Shown here piece after piece: positions 37,679 to 46,698 of a stretch of DNA of 64,000 nt. The DNA is from an uncultured virus (IMG/VR IMGVR_UViG_3300032608_000348). Its lineage: Duplodnaviria > Heunggongvirae > Uroviricota > Caudoviricetes. The notes beneath the pieces were generated by a model, which worked only from the letters and a program-made list of their open reading frames with translations, had not been told where the DNA came from and made no database searches. The stretch's first letter is position 1. The number at the start of each line of letters is the position of its first letter. Position numbers and translations under genes: made by a program. Location of the stretch: IMG/VR virus record IMGVR_UViG_3300032608_000348. One strand, 5' to 3'.

Positions 37679-38173
37679 TCAATCAATGTCATTAGGAATC
37701 GCCCTGTCACCATTTGCTTTCAGGTTTGCTTCATTGTAGGCGAGCGCAGCTTCCCGTTCCGTTGCATAATACCCAACATGAACTTTCTTGCCATCAACGA
37801 ATATGCGTGCCCTCCAAGGCTTGGGTCGCCTCGGATCACAATACATTCCTTTATAATGAGATACACCATGTCCATATTTTTGCTGACGACGCGAACCGTT
37901 CCTGCGACGGGCAAGACTGTTACAAATCAAGTGAGAGAAGGCTATGTTTTCCAAGTCAAAGAACTTGCCCACAGGGTCATCACTATGAAGCCAGTGCTCT
38001 TTGTGTTCAATGGATAAGTCGCCCACAGATTCTATGGGGTGACCACACTGATAACAAGCGTCTAGCCCAAGTTCCTGTATCAAGCTAAACATTATGGCCT
38101 TCCGCAACCTGCCGCAAGCGGTGCCGTGCGGCATTCCAAGTTGTTCGGCTTTAATGCGATTGCTACTATTCAT
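37679..38173 (-). CDS. HNH-AP2 homing endonuclease
   Basis: N-half paralogous to 34570..35136; YKG...WRARI...G.Y.T..EAALAYN AP2 domain. Confidence 0.85.
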   Translation of the reverse strand: MNSSNRIKAEQLGMPHGTACGRLRKAIMFSLIQELGLDACYQCGHPIESVGDLSIEHKEHWLHSDDPVGKFFDLENIAFSHLICNSLARRRNGSRRQQKYGHGVSHYKGMYCDPRRPKPWRARIFVDGKKVHVGYYATEREAALAYNEANLKANGDRAIPNDID

Positions 38174-38224
38174 AGTCGTTGACCTCCGTCGTTGACTAAA
38201 CAAGATCGGATACAGTGTAACAAG

Positions 38225-38299
38225 GGTGACTGGTCGGATTTGAACCGACGCTCTCCTGAGTCACAGTCAGGAATGTTAGACCGCTACACCACAGTCACC
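38225..38299 (-). tRNA. tRNA-His(GTG)
   Basis: G-1:C73; loop CTGTGAC. Confidence 0.9.
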
Positions 38300-38307
38300 A
38301 TGTCAGG

Positions 38308-38393
38308 CGGAGCGAGCAGGGGTCAAACCTGCAAGGCTTGCGCTCGGCGGTTTTCAGGACCGCTGCCGTCGTCAGCTTTCGGCTTGTCGCTCC
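38308..38393 (-). tRNA. tRNA-Ser(TGA)
   Basis: Long variable arm; loop CCTGAAA (C33). Confidence 0.8.
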
Positions 38394-38399
38394 ATAAGG

Positions 38400-38473
38400 C
38401 TGCGGGACTTGGGCTTGAACCAAGAACCTCCTGCTTCAGAGGCAGGCGCTGCCACCGATTGAGCTATCCCGCA
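38400..38473 (-). tRNA. tRNA-Gln(CTG)
   Basis: U1-A72; loop CTCTGAA. Confidence 0.9.
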
Positions 38474-38495
38474 AAATTAGTATACGCAGAGGTAG

Positions 38496-38567
38496 TGGAT
38501 TAGGCTAGAATTGAACTAGCATCGGCGGGGTTACGGCCCGCTGTCCTGCCAATTGAACGACTAATCC
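38496..38567 (-). tRNA. tRNA-Tyr(GTA), short variable arm, C33
   Basis: Loop CCGTAAC; variable region CGAT. Confidence 0.8.
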
Positions 38568-38569
38568 AT

Positions 38570-39079
38570 TTATCCGTAATAAAAGTCCCTCCAGTTATCA
38601 GGCCACTGTTCTGACAATGGCATCAACTCTTCTGGGCAAATGAGGCCACTATGTATCATGCGGTGACAATTCGGACACAGAAGCGACAAATTGCTATGAT
38701 TGTCCGCATCAGGAATATCGCGTCCGCAAATATGGTGAATATCACAAGCCGCTTCATTCCAACCACAGCGTGAACATCCTAAACCAATCCGATTAACGAT
38801 TTTACTTGTTGTCCTAGAACTCACTTCACAGACAGATTTCAGCTTGTGTCTATTGGAAGTAGGTTTGGCCTTCAGTTCTCTCTGTTTTGCCATTGCTGCT
38901 TCCGATACTTTATGTTCGGCATAATAGGCTGTTACCCCGCGCGCTATCTTGCTCTTGGTTTCCTGAGAGACAGACCTGTGACTATTATTATAACTAGCTG
39001 CACACGACCTACCACAGAACTTATTTCTAGTCGGTTCCTCTAAGACGGTTTGGCATTCAGGATTCTTGCAAGTCTTCAT
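38570..39079 (-). CDS. HNH endonuclease
   Basis: FCGRSCAA.YNN; C..CGW....DIHH...NL..LCPNCH. Confidence 0.85.
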   Translation of the reverse strand: MKTCKNPECQTVLEEPTRNKFCGRSCAASYNNSHRSVSQETKSKIARGVTAYYAEHKVSEAAMAKQRELKAKPTSNRHKLKSVCEVSSRTTSKIVNRIGLGCSRCGWNEAACDIHHICGRDIPDADNHSNLSLLCPNCHRMIHSGLICPEELMPLSEQWPDNWRDFYYG

Positions 39080-39116
39080 ATTGCCATGATACCACACCTG
39101 AACCTATTTGTCAAAT

Positions 39117-39158
39117 TGTTTACAGCCAAGCCCAGCAACCCATATCTGGCTCCGACCC
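39117..39158 (-). pseudogene. 5' half of a tRNA-Tyr(GTA)
   Basis: GGGTCGG-AG-CCAG...CTGG-G-CTTGG-CTGTAAA, then truncated at the HNH promoter. Confidence 0.5.
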
Positions 39159-39162
39159 ATAG

Positions 39163-39235
39163 CGCCCTCGACACGACTCGAACGTGCATTTATCGGTTCC
39201 GAAGACCGACGCTCTTCCAATTAAGCCACGAGGGC
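39163..39235 (-). tRNA. tRNA-Arg(TCG)
   Basis: Cloverleaf; loop CTTCGGA. Confidence 0.9.
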
Positions 39236-39240
39236 AAGTG

Positions 39241-39314
39241 TACCGCAGGCGGGGCTTGAACCCGCAATCTCCACCTTGAGAGAGTGGCGTGTTATCCTTT
39301 TCCACTACTGCGGC
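39241..39314 (-). tRNA. tRNA-Glu(CTC)
   Basis: Cloverleaf; loop CTCTCAA. Confidence 0.9.
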
Positions 39315-39321
39315 AGAACGA

Positions 39322-39392
39322 TTGCAGGAAGAGGACTCGGACCTCTGTTTCCTGATTCAAAGTCAGGCGTCCTACCACTAGACGATCCTGCA
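39322..39392 (-). tRNA. tRNA-Gln(TTG)
   Basis: Cloverleaf; loop CTTTGAA. Confidence 0.85.
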
Positions 39393-39398
39393 TTTAGG

Positions 39399-39472
39399 CG
39401 GGCACGACGGGGTACGATCCCGCAATCTCCTCTTCGACAGAGAGGGATGTTACCAATTTACACTACGTGCCC
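39399..39472 (-). tRNA. tRNA-Asp(GTC)
   Basis: Cloverleaf; loop CTGTCGA. Confidence 0.9.
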
Positions 39473-39491
39473 AGACTCTCTATTTCACCAG

Positions 39492-39565
39492 TTGCGGGAG
39501 GAAGATTTGAACTTCCGACCTCTTGGGTATGAACCAAGCGGGCTTGCCATCTGCCCTATCCCGCA
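39492..39565 (-). tRNA. tRNA-Met(CAT), initiator-like
   Basis: TGCGGGA acceptor; loop TTCATAC. Confidence 0.85.
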
Positions 39566-39567
39566 GG

Positions 39568-39641
39568 TGGACCTAGTGGGATTTGAACCCACGCCTTCTT
39601 CCTTGCAAGGGAAGCACTCTCCCAGTCTGAGTTACAGGCCC
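39568..39641 (-). tRNA. tRNA-Ala(TGC)
   Basis: G3:U70; loop CTTGCAA. Confidence 0.95.
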
Positions 39642-39660
39642 AGGTTTTCCATTGCCATCA

Positions 39661-39762
39661 ATTATACCACATTCCTAGCGTTTGTCAAGTCTTTAGTGAC
39701 ACCCAAATTCCCAAACTCGCACACGCTAACCCCTTGACAAGAAAAAGAAAACGTGGTATAAT
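39661..39762. promoter_or_regulatory. Divergent sigma70 promoters for the tRNA array and the FtsK cluster
   Basis: Minus strand TTGACA(39688-39683)-N16-TATAAT; plus strand TTGACA(39734-39739)-N17-TATAAT. Confidence 0.8.
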
Positions 39763-39860
39763 TGCAAACAGTTAGGCTACACGGTAGCGTGTGTGTCAAA
39801 TTATTGCGCAAATCTATCCAGCGCTAGAGTGATTTGCGCCAATCTGAAAGGAGAAAGACA

Positions 39861-40157
39861 TTGACAGAGGTACTAGAACTTGAAGGCACAGAAGAAGTTT
39901 TTGATATTGTCCCATTTGTAGAAGGGTTAAAACTGGGGCTAGAGAGAGCACAGGTTGAGTTGAGCCATAAGGTTTGGGCTGTTGTGGCCGGATTGTTCTG
40001 GGCAACGTTCTTCACTTGCTATTGGAACATTCTCTTTGGTCAGTTTGATTGGCGCCATGTAATTGGCGGTTTGCTGAGCTTCATGTTGGCACTGGGCGCT
40101 ACTGCACAAACAGGAGGAGGAACACATGACAACGTGGAAAGAATTGTTCGGAAGTGA
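39861..40157 (+). CDS. Two-TM membrane protein
   Basis: AAAGGAG RBS, TTG start, two hydrophobic segments. Confidence 0.55.
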   Translation: MTEVLELEGTEEVFDIVPFVEGLKLGLERAQVELSHKVWAVVAGLFWATFFTCYWNILFGQFDWRHVIGGLLSFMLALGATAQTGGGTHDNVERIVRK

Positions 40158-40734
40158 AAAAGGCAAAAGCGTTAAGCTGTGGATAGGCCGCGTTGCGGCT
40201 GCCTATCAGCAGGCAAAGGGTGAGTTCACCTACCGAGAATTGGGTGACATGTGGGGCGTAGACAAACAGGGCGCTTGGCTGAAATTAGACACATGGATCA
40301 GGGACTATCCTGACCTAGTGCGTATTGAAAAAGACTCTATCCCCCATAGGGTTTGTCTCACATTCTCTGAGGCTGATGATTGGCTGGGGGCAATAGAGAT
40401 AGCTGAATATGAAGATTCTGTTGAGATGTCGGTTGCTGAATCTGAACCCCTTGAACCTGAAGAGCTTGCCGAAAGCGAGCCAACAATTGACTATCCCCGC
40501 TTTGTCGATCAAAGAGCATACGAACAAACAATGGACAGGCTGGATGGTATGGGAATCCTAGAAGAGAGCAATACGCTTGAGTTTGAGCGCCTGGGATGGG
40601 ACACCAAGAACCAAAGAGGCGGGTTGACAATCACTATCTTTGATGGCAAGCTGCCCGTGCTAGCCGCTGTAGGGCGCTACGATAATGGGTTTCTCGTTAC
40701 GCCGCTGCGAGTGAGTACACCAAAGATTGGGTAA
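40126..40734 (+). CDS. Hypothetical protein with putative N-terminal wHTH
   Basis: FTYRELGDMWGVDKQ; AGGAGG RBS. Confidence 0.6.
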   Translation: MTTWKELFGSEKGKSVKLWIGRVAAAYQQAKGEFTYRELGDMWGVDKQGAWLKLDTWIRDYPDLVRIEKDSIPHRVCLTFSEADDWLGAIEIAEYEDSVEMSVAESEPLEPEELAESEPTIDYPRFVDQRAYEQTMDRLDGMGILEESNTLEFERLGWDTKNQRGGLTITIFDGKLPVLAAVGRYDNGFLVTPLRVSTPKIG

Positions 40735-41394
40735 ATGCCAGGCTTTAAGGTCCACGAGAAGCTAGCGAGGTGCGTGCTTTGCCCACTCACGTTCGGGGCA
40801 ACGTGGGTAGTTGCAGGCGGTCACCTGCGCTGGGATGAAGCTACAGCCTTAGAATTTGGCGCTGCGGGGATGGTGGCCGTGGGGACTTACGCGGGAAGCA
40901 CGTTCCTGAGTCCAGACCTTGATATTCCGTCCCATCCTTACAACTCTTGGAAAGCAATCAGGTTTCTGTGGTTGCCATATCAAATTATGATTGGGCATAG
41001 AAGCCCGGTGAGCCACTGGGCTATTCTTGGGGCCGTGGCACAACACGTATATCTGATGGGAATGGTAACGCTGCTGGCAGTGGGGGCTTTGTGCCTGTGG
41101 AATTGGGTTCTAGTGCCATTCACAGACCTTGGACCGCGTTGGTATGGGGGGCAAGCACTCAGCGTCACGCTGATGGATATTGTTAGAACTGTTGTAAGTC
41201 CACTCAGGCATCCAGCGTATTGGCTTTTTCTGCTGGGCCAAACGATTGGATCAACGGCGCATTGCCTCCAGGACTGGTTGCACGGCAAGCGCTATAGGCA
41301 CTACCAGGGGCAACCAATGGGACCGTCCTCAGAAGATGAAGAAGATGCGGCACAAGGACAACACAAGAAAGAGCGAGGCATTTGGGAGCGATGA
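40735..41394 (+). CDS. DUF2227-like metal-binding membrane protein
   Basis: MPG.K.H, LSPDLD, W.PY, HRS..SH, H...D. Confidence 0.75.
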   Translation: MPGFKVHEKLARCVLCPLTFGATWVVAGGHLRWDEATALEFGAAGMVAVGTYAGSTFLSPDLDIPSHPYNSWKAIRFLWLPYQIMIGHRSPVSHWAILGAVAQHVYLMGMVTLLAVGALCLWNWVLVPFTDLGPRWYGGQALSVTLMDIVRTVVSPLRHPAYWLFLLGQTIGSTAHCLQDWLHGKRYRHYQGQPMGPSSEDEEDAAQGQHKKERGIWER

Positions 41395-42818
41395 ACGGCG
41401 TAATCGGTGACCAGGGCATCATAAACAAACTCAACAAAGCAGCCACCAAAATTGAGGCGGCTTGCTATGATATTGAAGTGCCTGTTATCATCGGGGATAA
41501 TGGAATCGTAGCGCTGGGGAATCAATGCCGGATGTACGCGCATCCTGCCAATAGTCCCAAACAACTAGCAGAACTAAAGCGGCGGTTTAGCTTATCCAGG
41601 GTTCTGCCTGGTGACAACGCTTTCCGTGCCCTCAGCAAGCTAAAAAAGCAAGGGAAAGACCTAATCAAAGCTGCCCTTGGGCTGCCCAAAAGCGCCGACT
41701 TTGCCATTGACATTGGACATGGCGCAATCGTCTTTGATTTTGCTTTATCTGACTTAGTAGGGGAAAAGTTCTTTGTGCCCTTGGTGGTAGGCGATCTGCC
41801 ATTTCCAGATGAAAACAATATCCCAATTGGGCGCACGCTGGAAGGTCAAACAGTGGACATTCAACTCAATGACCCGCGCCATTCCCATATTCTGATTTCT
41901 GGGCAAACAGGATCAGGCAAGACCGTGTTGGCTAACACCATCATCAGCGGATTGGCCAGGGCCTATATGCCAGACAAGTTGCAAATGCTGTTTTGCAGTG
42001 GGAAACCAGAGGACATGAAGTTGTGGGAAAATTTGCCGCACCTGCTGGCTCCACCCACGTGTGATCCGCAGGCGTCTTTTGCCATGCTTGCCTGGCTAGA
42101 AGAAGAGCGGCGACGACGTGCCAATCTGTCTGACAAAAATGGGATTCCGCGCCTCGTGTTATACTTGGGTGAGTGCTCAGTATTGGTAGACCTAAATACC
42201 AAGCAATTCTCTGATTTGCTGGAAAGCCTGGTAAGACTGGGCCGAAGTGAGCGCATCACAGTCATTGCGGCGACACAAAGACCCAGGGGGGACCAGGTAG
42301 GCAGTGCTGTAACTCGTGCACAGTTCACACTTGTCTTTGCTGGCAAAATGCACTCGCCGCAAGATTCCTACTTGGCGCTGGGAAAAGGAAATAGCGGCGC
42401 TGAATTCTCGCCTGGGTGCGGAGCGTTTGTAACCAGCAGTTTGGTAAAGTTCCAAGCCGCTTTCTTTGCCGATATGGAAAAGCCCGACCGCGCACAAAGT
42501 CTTATTGAATGGTTCTCTAGGAAGCAATGGCAAATTGAGCCTGTCCATTTGACCAGTGTGGCGGTTAGTGACATCGGCGCAACAAAAGAGACTGACGTAC
42601 TCAACACCATGCGCTGGTTGGCGCAAGAAGAGGTGGATACAATGTCAATCAACGCCATCTCTACAGCAATGTCGTGGGGGTATCCCCGTGCTAGTCGCGT
42701 GTTCAAGAGACTGCAAGAAATGAGCGTTCTGGATACGGAGCGGGATGACAACAAGCGCGTCAAGGTCAACCGTGAAAAACTGCCCAGCGCTGGACCGATT
42801 GGAGAGCAAGATGCCTGA
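41391..42818 (+). CDS. FtsK/SpoIIIE-family ATPase
   Basis: HILISGQTGSGKT, GRS....I.ATQRP, C-terminal wHTH (gamma-like). Confidence 0.85.
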   Translation: MNGVIGDQGIINKLNKAATKIEAACYDIEVPVIIGDNGIVALGNQCRMYAHPANSPKQLAELKRRFSLSRVLPGDNAFRALSKLKKQGKDLIKAALGLPKSADFAIDIGHGAIVFDFALSDLVGEKFFVPLVVGDLPFPDENNIPIGRTLEGQTVDIQLNDPRHSHILISGQTGSGKTVLANTIISGLARAYMPDKLQMLFCSGKPEDMKLWENLPHLLAPPTCDPQASFAMLAWLEEERRRRANLSDKNGIPRLVLYLGECSVLVDLNTKQFSDLLESLVRLGRSERITVIAATQRPRGDQVGSAVTRAQFTLVFAGKMHSPQDSYLALGKGNSGAEFSPGCGAFVTSSLVKFQAAFFADMEKPDRAQSLIEWFSRKQWQIEPVHLTSVAVSDIGATKETDVLNTMRWLAQEEVDTMSINAISTAMSWGYPRASRVFKRLQEMSVLDTERDDNKRVKVNREKLPSAGPIGEQDA

Positions 42819-43459
42819 ATGGATTTATATTTTGGGGGCCATCGCGTTAATTGTGTCATTTGCACTAGGCACATGGTTTGGGCTGCGCGTGCGCGTGCGC
42901 GTGCATAATATAACCAATGGCAACGGTGCGCCCATCTCCACTGAGAAGCCGCAACGGAAAAAGAGAAACGTGAGGATTCCAGCTTGATGAATGAAAAAAG
43001 AACAAAAAAACGATGACACAAGGAGAAAAAGATGCAGGAAGTATACAGGGATGGGACAGTAGGAAACCCAGTGCCGCTGGTCACAGGAAAGGAATGGGAA
43101 GCGATTGGGGCGGCGCTGAAAAACCCAATGGTTGCGCATGTCAAGGTTTATAGGATGAAGGCGCAGCAGCGGAAGAAACGGAAGAAGCGGCGGAAGGCAG
43201 CAAAGGATTCGCGCAAGCGCAATAGATGAGAAGCAAGAAAAGCTAATGCCATTAGCAAGACCACACAAACTTCTTGATGCCGCGGAACTAGAACACTGGG
43301 CCAATCTCTACCGTTTTGACATTCTTGATACGTGGGAATGCAGCGACTTGGTAGAGCAGGTGTGCTTTTGGGACTGGATCTGCATCAATTATCCTGATGA
43401 ACTTGATGCATTCAAGTATTGGTTTAGGTATGAGAAAGATTCTGAGAAACAGCTACTTG

Positions 43460-44011
43460 ATGAATGAGCACCTGATCTTCCACCGCTGCATTTTCGCAGC
43501 CATAAAAGAGATGAAACACGTCACCGCCCTGGTGGTGACATATCTCTACTTGGCTATTGGATTCACAGTTGTTGTGCTGATTCCAAATTACAAAAGCATT
43601 ACAGGAAGTGAAGGGCGCAAAGTTCCCTTACAGGTTGGCGGCATTTTCTTGTACATCGTTCTTCCAATAATAGTAGGGATTCTATGGTACCTGAGATACC
43701 ATGACCTAGGAGATGAAATCTATGAGGTCACGCCAGATGACATTATCCGAGTGACCTACAAGACCTGGGGGCAATTCACATCACCGCGAGAAGGCAGGGT
43801 GCATCGAGTAGACAACGGCCATTTTGTGCGTCGGGGATTAAGTCAAAATCTGTTCAACTGGGGGGACGTAGTTTTGCAAGTAGGCTGGTCAAGAGACCCT
43901 TTTATTCTAAAAGACGTGTACAAACCCGCGCGGGTACTTGCCCTAATCTTGCATAGAGCAAGACAGGAACCTATAGTAGTACGCGAAAGCGCCCTGGCAG
44001 GAGCGGAATGA
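43460..44011 (+). CDS. Membrane protein with bacterial PH domain
   Basis: Two TM helices followed by Y.VT...I...Q.LFNWGDV. Confidence 0.6.
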   Translation: MNEHLIFHRCIFAAIKEMKHVTALVVTYLYLAIGFTVVVLIPNYKSITGSEGRKVPLQVGGIFLYIVLPIIVGILWYLRYHDLGDEIYEVTPDDIIRVTYKTWGQFTSPREGRVHRVDNGHFVRRGLSQNLFNWGDVVLQVGWSRDPFILKDVYKPARVLALILHRARQEPIVVRESALAGAE

Positions 44012-44664
44012 AGCCGTATGTGGTGGGGATAATCATAGGCATAATCATGTTAGGACTGGGGCTAAGCATGTGCTCACAGGCTATAAGTCAGTGGTCACCC
44101 GAGCACCAAGCCGCCGCCACGGCTATGCTGCGCATGAATGCCGTGGATGTAACTGCTACCGCGCGATATAATGAGGAATTTCTGCCTACTATTCAAGCCG
44201 TTCGGGCTGAAGAGGAAGCGGGCACGGCCAAAACCATAGAGGGAACCAAGCGAGCAATTGCTATCACGGGCGCAACTGTCTTAAGCGTGATCTTCATTGC
44301 TACTGGTGCCGTGGGGGTAAGTTGGGCTGTTCGTCACTGGAAGAGCACTTGTACGCTCGTTGCTGCTCGGGCCTTATCCAGAAAGCCCATCTACTTGATG
44401 CCCAATGGATATGTCTATGATTGGCGGAATGGGGCGGTTGATGATACGGGGTTGCCTGCCCCAGCAGACCTGGACCGTTTACAAGCAACCAATCACGGTG
44501 ACGCAGAAAGAATAGCCGCTGTTGCGGCTGCTGCCCAAGGGGTCTTATTGGCGCTGTCACAGAAACCCTCAGCACGGTGGGGGCCAGCAGACAGACGCCA
44601 GCTTTCTTGGGCCACAACGCGCTTGCTAACTGAACAATCTGGGCAAGCGAGGGGGGAAGAATGA
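44008..44664 (+). CDS. Membrane protein
   Basis: Two hydrophobic segments. Confidence 0.6.
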   Translation: MKPYVVGIIIGIIMLGLGLSMCSQAISQWSPEHQAAATAMLRMNAVDVTATARYNEEFLPTIQAVRAEEEAGTAKTIEGTKRAIAITGATVLSVIFIATGAVGVSWAVRHWKSTCTLVAARALSRKPIYLMPNGYVYDWRNGAVDDTGLPAPADLDRLQATNHGDAERIAAVAAAAQGVLLALSQKPSARWGPADRRQLSWATTRLLTEQSGQARGEE

Positions 44665-45383
44665 CAGCAGCAATTCACGCTCACAAACAAGGCTTTATAA
44701 ATGGAATGCCTATAATGTCTGGTGACATCTCAATGCCAGACAGGCCGTGGAGTGATGCTTACCGTGGATTTAGACCCGCTCTCTCTCCCCCACGAGTAAG
44801 CGTGAATGTTGTCCTAATAATTTCGGGTAATTGGCAAATAGAATGGCTGGCGCAACTCTGCCAAGGAACTGGCAATATCGTATCTCTCGGAGCCGGGCGC
44901 GTATGTCCATATTGTGGTGATTACAACCCGGCTGGACTGGCAAGCTGCTGGCGCTGTGGGGGAAAGACGGGGATAGAACAATTTGTCAAAGTAGATAACT
45001 TCCCATTTGTTTTAAGCTGCTATCAAGTTTCCCAATTGGCCATTGGAAAAGACCCCGTTTTTGCGACAGACCTGGAGTTTGTTTCTACTGGCACTGTGCT
45101 AACTAGTCATTTGCCTTTTTTCAACCCTTCTCTATCTATTGAGGGCCTACCATATACCTACATTTCCAACACAGGGTATTATCTGTGTTGTTATTGTGGC
45201 TCAATGGTTGAGGATGGGAGCATTTGCCCCAACTGTGGGGGCGTAAGAATCCCCTGGAGTGAGGTGGTCAAGATGGACCGGGATTGCATATATTGCGGTC
45301 AGAAGGTGGTCGGCGGCGTAGTGTGCTCAAACTGTGGGGGACGCATCGCCGCAGAATCATATAGGATGTACAAGGAGGCTTAA
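44661..45383 (+). CDS. Multi zinc-ribbon protein
   Basis: Six CxxC pairs. Confidence 0.65.
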   Translation: MTAAIHAHKQGFINGMPIMSGDISMPDRPWSDAYRGFRPALSPPRVSVNVVLIISGNWQIEWLAQLCQGTGNIVSLGAGRVCPYCGDYNPAGLASCWRCGGKTGIEQFVKVDNFPFVLSCYQVSQLAIGKDPVFATDLEFVSTGTVLTSHLPFFNPSLSIEGLPYTYISNTGYYLCCYCGSMVEDGSICPNCGGVRIPWSEVVKMDRDCIYCGQKVVGGVVCSNCGGRIAAESYRMYKEA

Positions 45384-45384
45384 C

Positions 45385-46359
45385 ATGCGCATCGGAGTAG
45401 ACATCGGATATTCAGCAGTCAAGATAGTTGCAGGGAATCGCAGGGCAACTTTCCCGTCAGTTGTTGGTTCACCAGACAGAGCACGCTGGGCATTGAACCA
45501 ACAAGACGCCATCTTGCTGACAATGCCTGATGGGAACAAGGTGCTAGTTGGAGACGGGGCAATTGCGCAAAGCCAGTTCCTCAACCGGCGCGAAGATAGG
45601 CACTGGATACAGTCACCAGAGTACCATGCGTTGATGTTAGCGGCGTTTACAGAAATCACAAGTGCCAGCCGCGTAGACCTTGACATCGTGACAGGCCTCC
45701 CCATTGCCTTTTTCTTGGGCGACATGGAAACGGTGCAGGAACGATTCTTGGGAACTCACAAGGTAACACGTGAAGGACGACATGCCCAAGTCTTCCAAGT
45801 AAACAGTTGCACAGTAATTCCACAGCCGTTCGGCACACTGTTTGCCGTTGCTATGGACAATCAGGGTCGCCCAGTAGAGATGAAATACCATGGCAATGTT
45901 GGCATCATTGATATTGGCGGCAAGACAACGAACATCTTGAGCGTCAAGCGACTGGGGGAAATCGGTCACGAGACAGCCAGCATCAATGCAGGGACTTGGA
46001 ATGTGGTGCGCCAGTTGAAGAGCTGGTTATCAAACCACTATCCTGACTTGGACTTGAGAGACCATGAGATTATTGAGGCCATCACCAGCCGCCAAATAAA
46101 ATACTATGGGGACCCCGTTGACCTGACAGACATCGTGAAAGAATCACTAGAACACATGGCATCAGAGATTATTGCTGAAGGGACGCAATTGTGGAACGGT
46201 GCTGCGCGGCTAGATGCTGTTTTGGTCACTGGCGGGGGAGCCCATCTATTGGGGGCCTACATTGAAAGACACTTCCGCGCAACCATCGTCAATGAACCTG
46301 TCTGGGCCAACGCGGTGGGGTATTGGAAGCTCAGCCAGCGCCACAACATTGGTGGCTAA
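45385..46359 (+). CDS. parM: ParM/StbA actin-like partition ATPase
   Basis: GVDIGYSAVK, VTGLP, IPQP, IDIGGKTTN, TGGGA, ANA.GY. Confidence 0.9.
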   Translation: MRIGVDIGYSAVKIVAGNRRATFPSVVGSPDRARWALNQQDAILLTMPDGNKVLVGDGAIAQSQFLNRREDRHWIQSPEYHALMLAAFTEITSASRVDLDIVTGLPIAFFLGDMETVQERFLGTHKVTREGRHAQVFQVNSCTVIPQPFGTLFAVAMDNQGRPVEMKYHGNVGIIDIGGKTTNILSVKRLGEIGHETASINAGTWNVVRQLKSWLSNHYPDLDLRDHEIIEAITSRQIKYYGDPVDLTDIVKESLEHMASEIIAEGTQLWNGAARLDAVLVTGGGAHLLGAYIERHFRATIVNEPVWANAVGYWKLSQRHNIGG

Positions 46360-46373
46360 TATTAGCCACCAAT
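46348..46373. repeat. Perfect 26-bp palindrome
   Basis: ATTGGTGGCTAATATTAGCCACCAAT. Confidence 0.85.
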
Positions 46374-46395
46374 ATGATGATAGGAACACAGCGAC

Positions 46396-46698
46396 ATGGC
46401 TACAAGAACTGTTTCATTCACCCTTGATGACAAGAAGGACAACGACATCTGTGATTGGTTAGACCAACAAGATGGGCGCACCAAGTCCCAAGCTATCCGA
46501 GAGGTGTTGCGGGCCTACTTGCGCGAAAAGGGCGTAGGGAATCTAGCGACCGCTATAGAAAGCATGCACCACGACATTAAAGAAATGAAAATGAGAATAG
46601 AGAGTGGAGTTACCACAAGCACAACAGGCACAACCCAAGATGAATGGGTTGAACCACCAGACATCACGGCAAACCTTGCGAAACTGATAATGCAATGA
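46396..46698 (+). CDS. ParR-like ribbon-helix-helix adaptor
   Basis: VSFTLD...D.DI..WL...KS.AIR..L; directly follows parM. Confidence 0.75.
   Translation: MATRTVSFTLDDKKDNDICDWLDQQDGRTKSQAIREVLRAYLREKGVGNLATAIESMHHDIKEMKMRIESGVTTSTTGTTQDEWVEPPDITANLAKLIMQ

Noticed and set aside
34405..39641. Suppressor tRNAs or genetic code reassignment
   Set aside because: No CTA, TTA or TCA anticodon was found, and long genes read intact in the standard code.
35872..39737. ORF-track entries overlapping tRNAs (e.g. 35872-36270, 38192-38503, 39276-39737)
   Set aside because: They are fully explained by the tRNA genes.
42884..42904. (GCGCGT)n microsatellite
   Set aside because: Only about three units, encoding RVRVRV in a small ORF.
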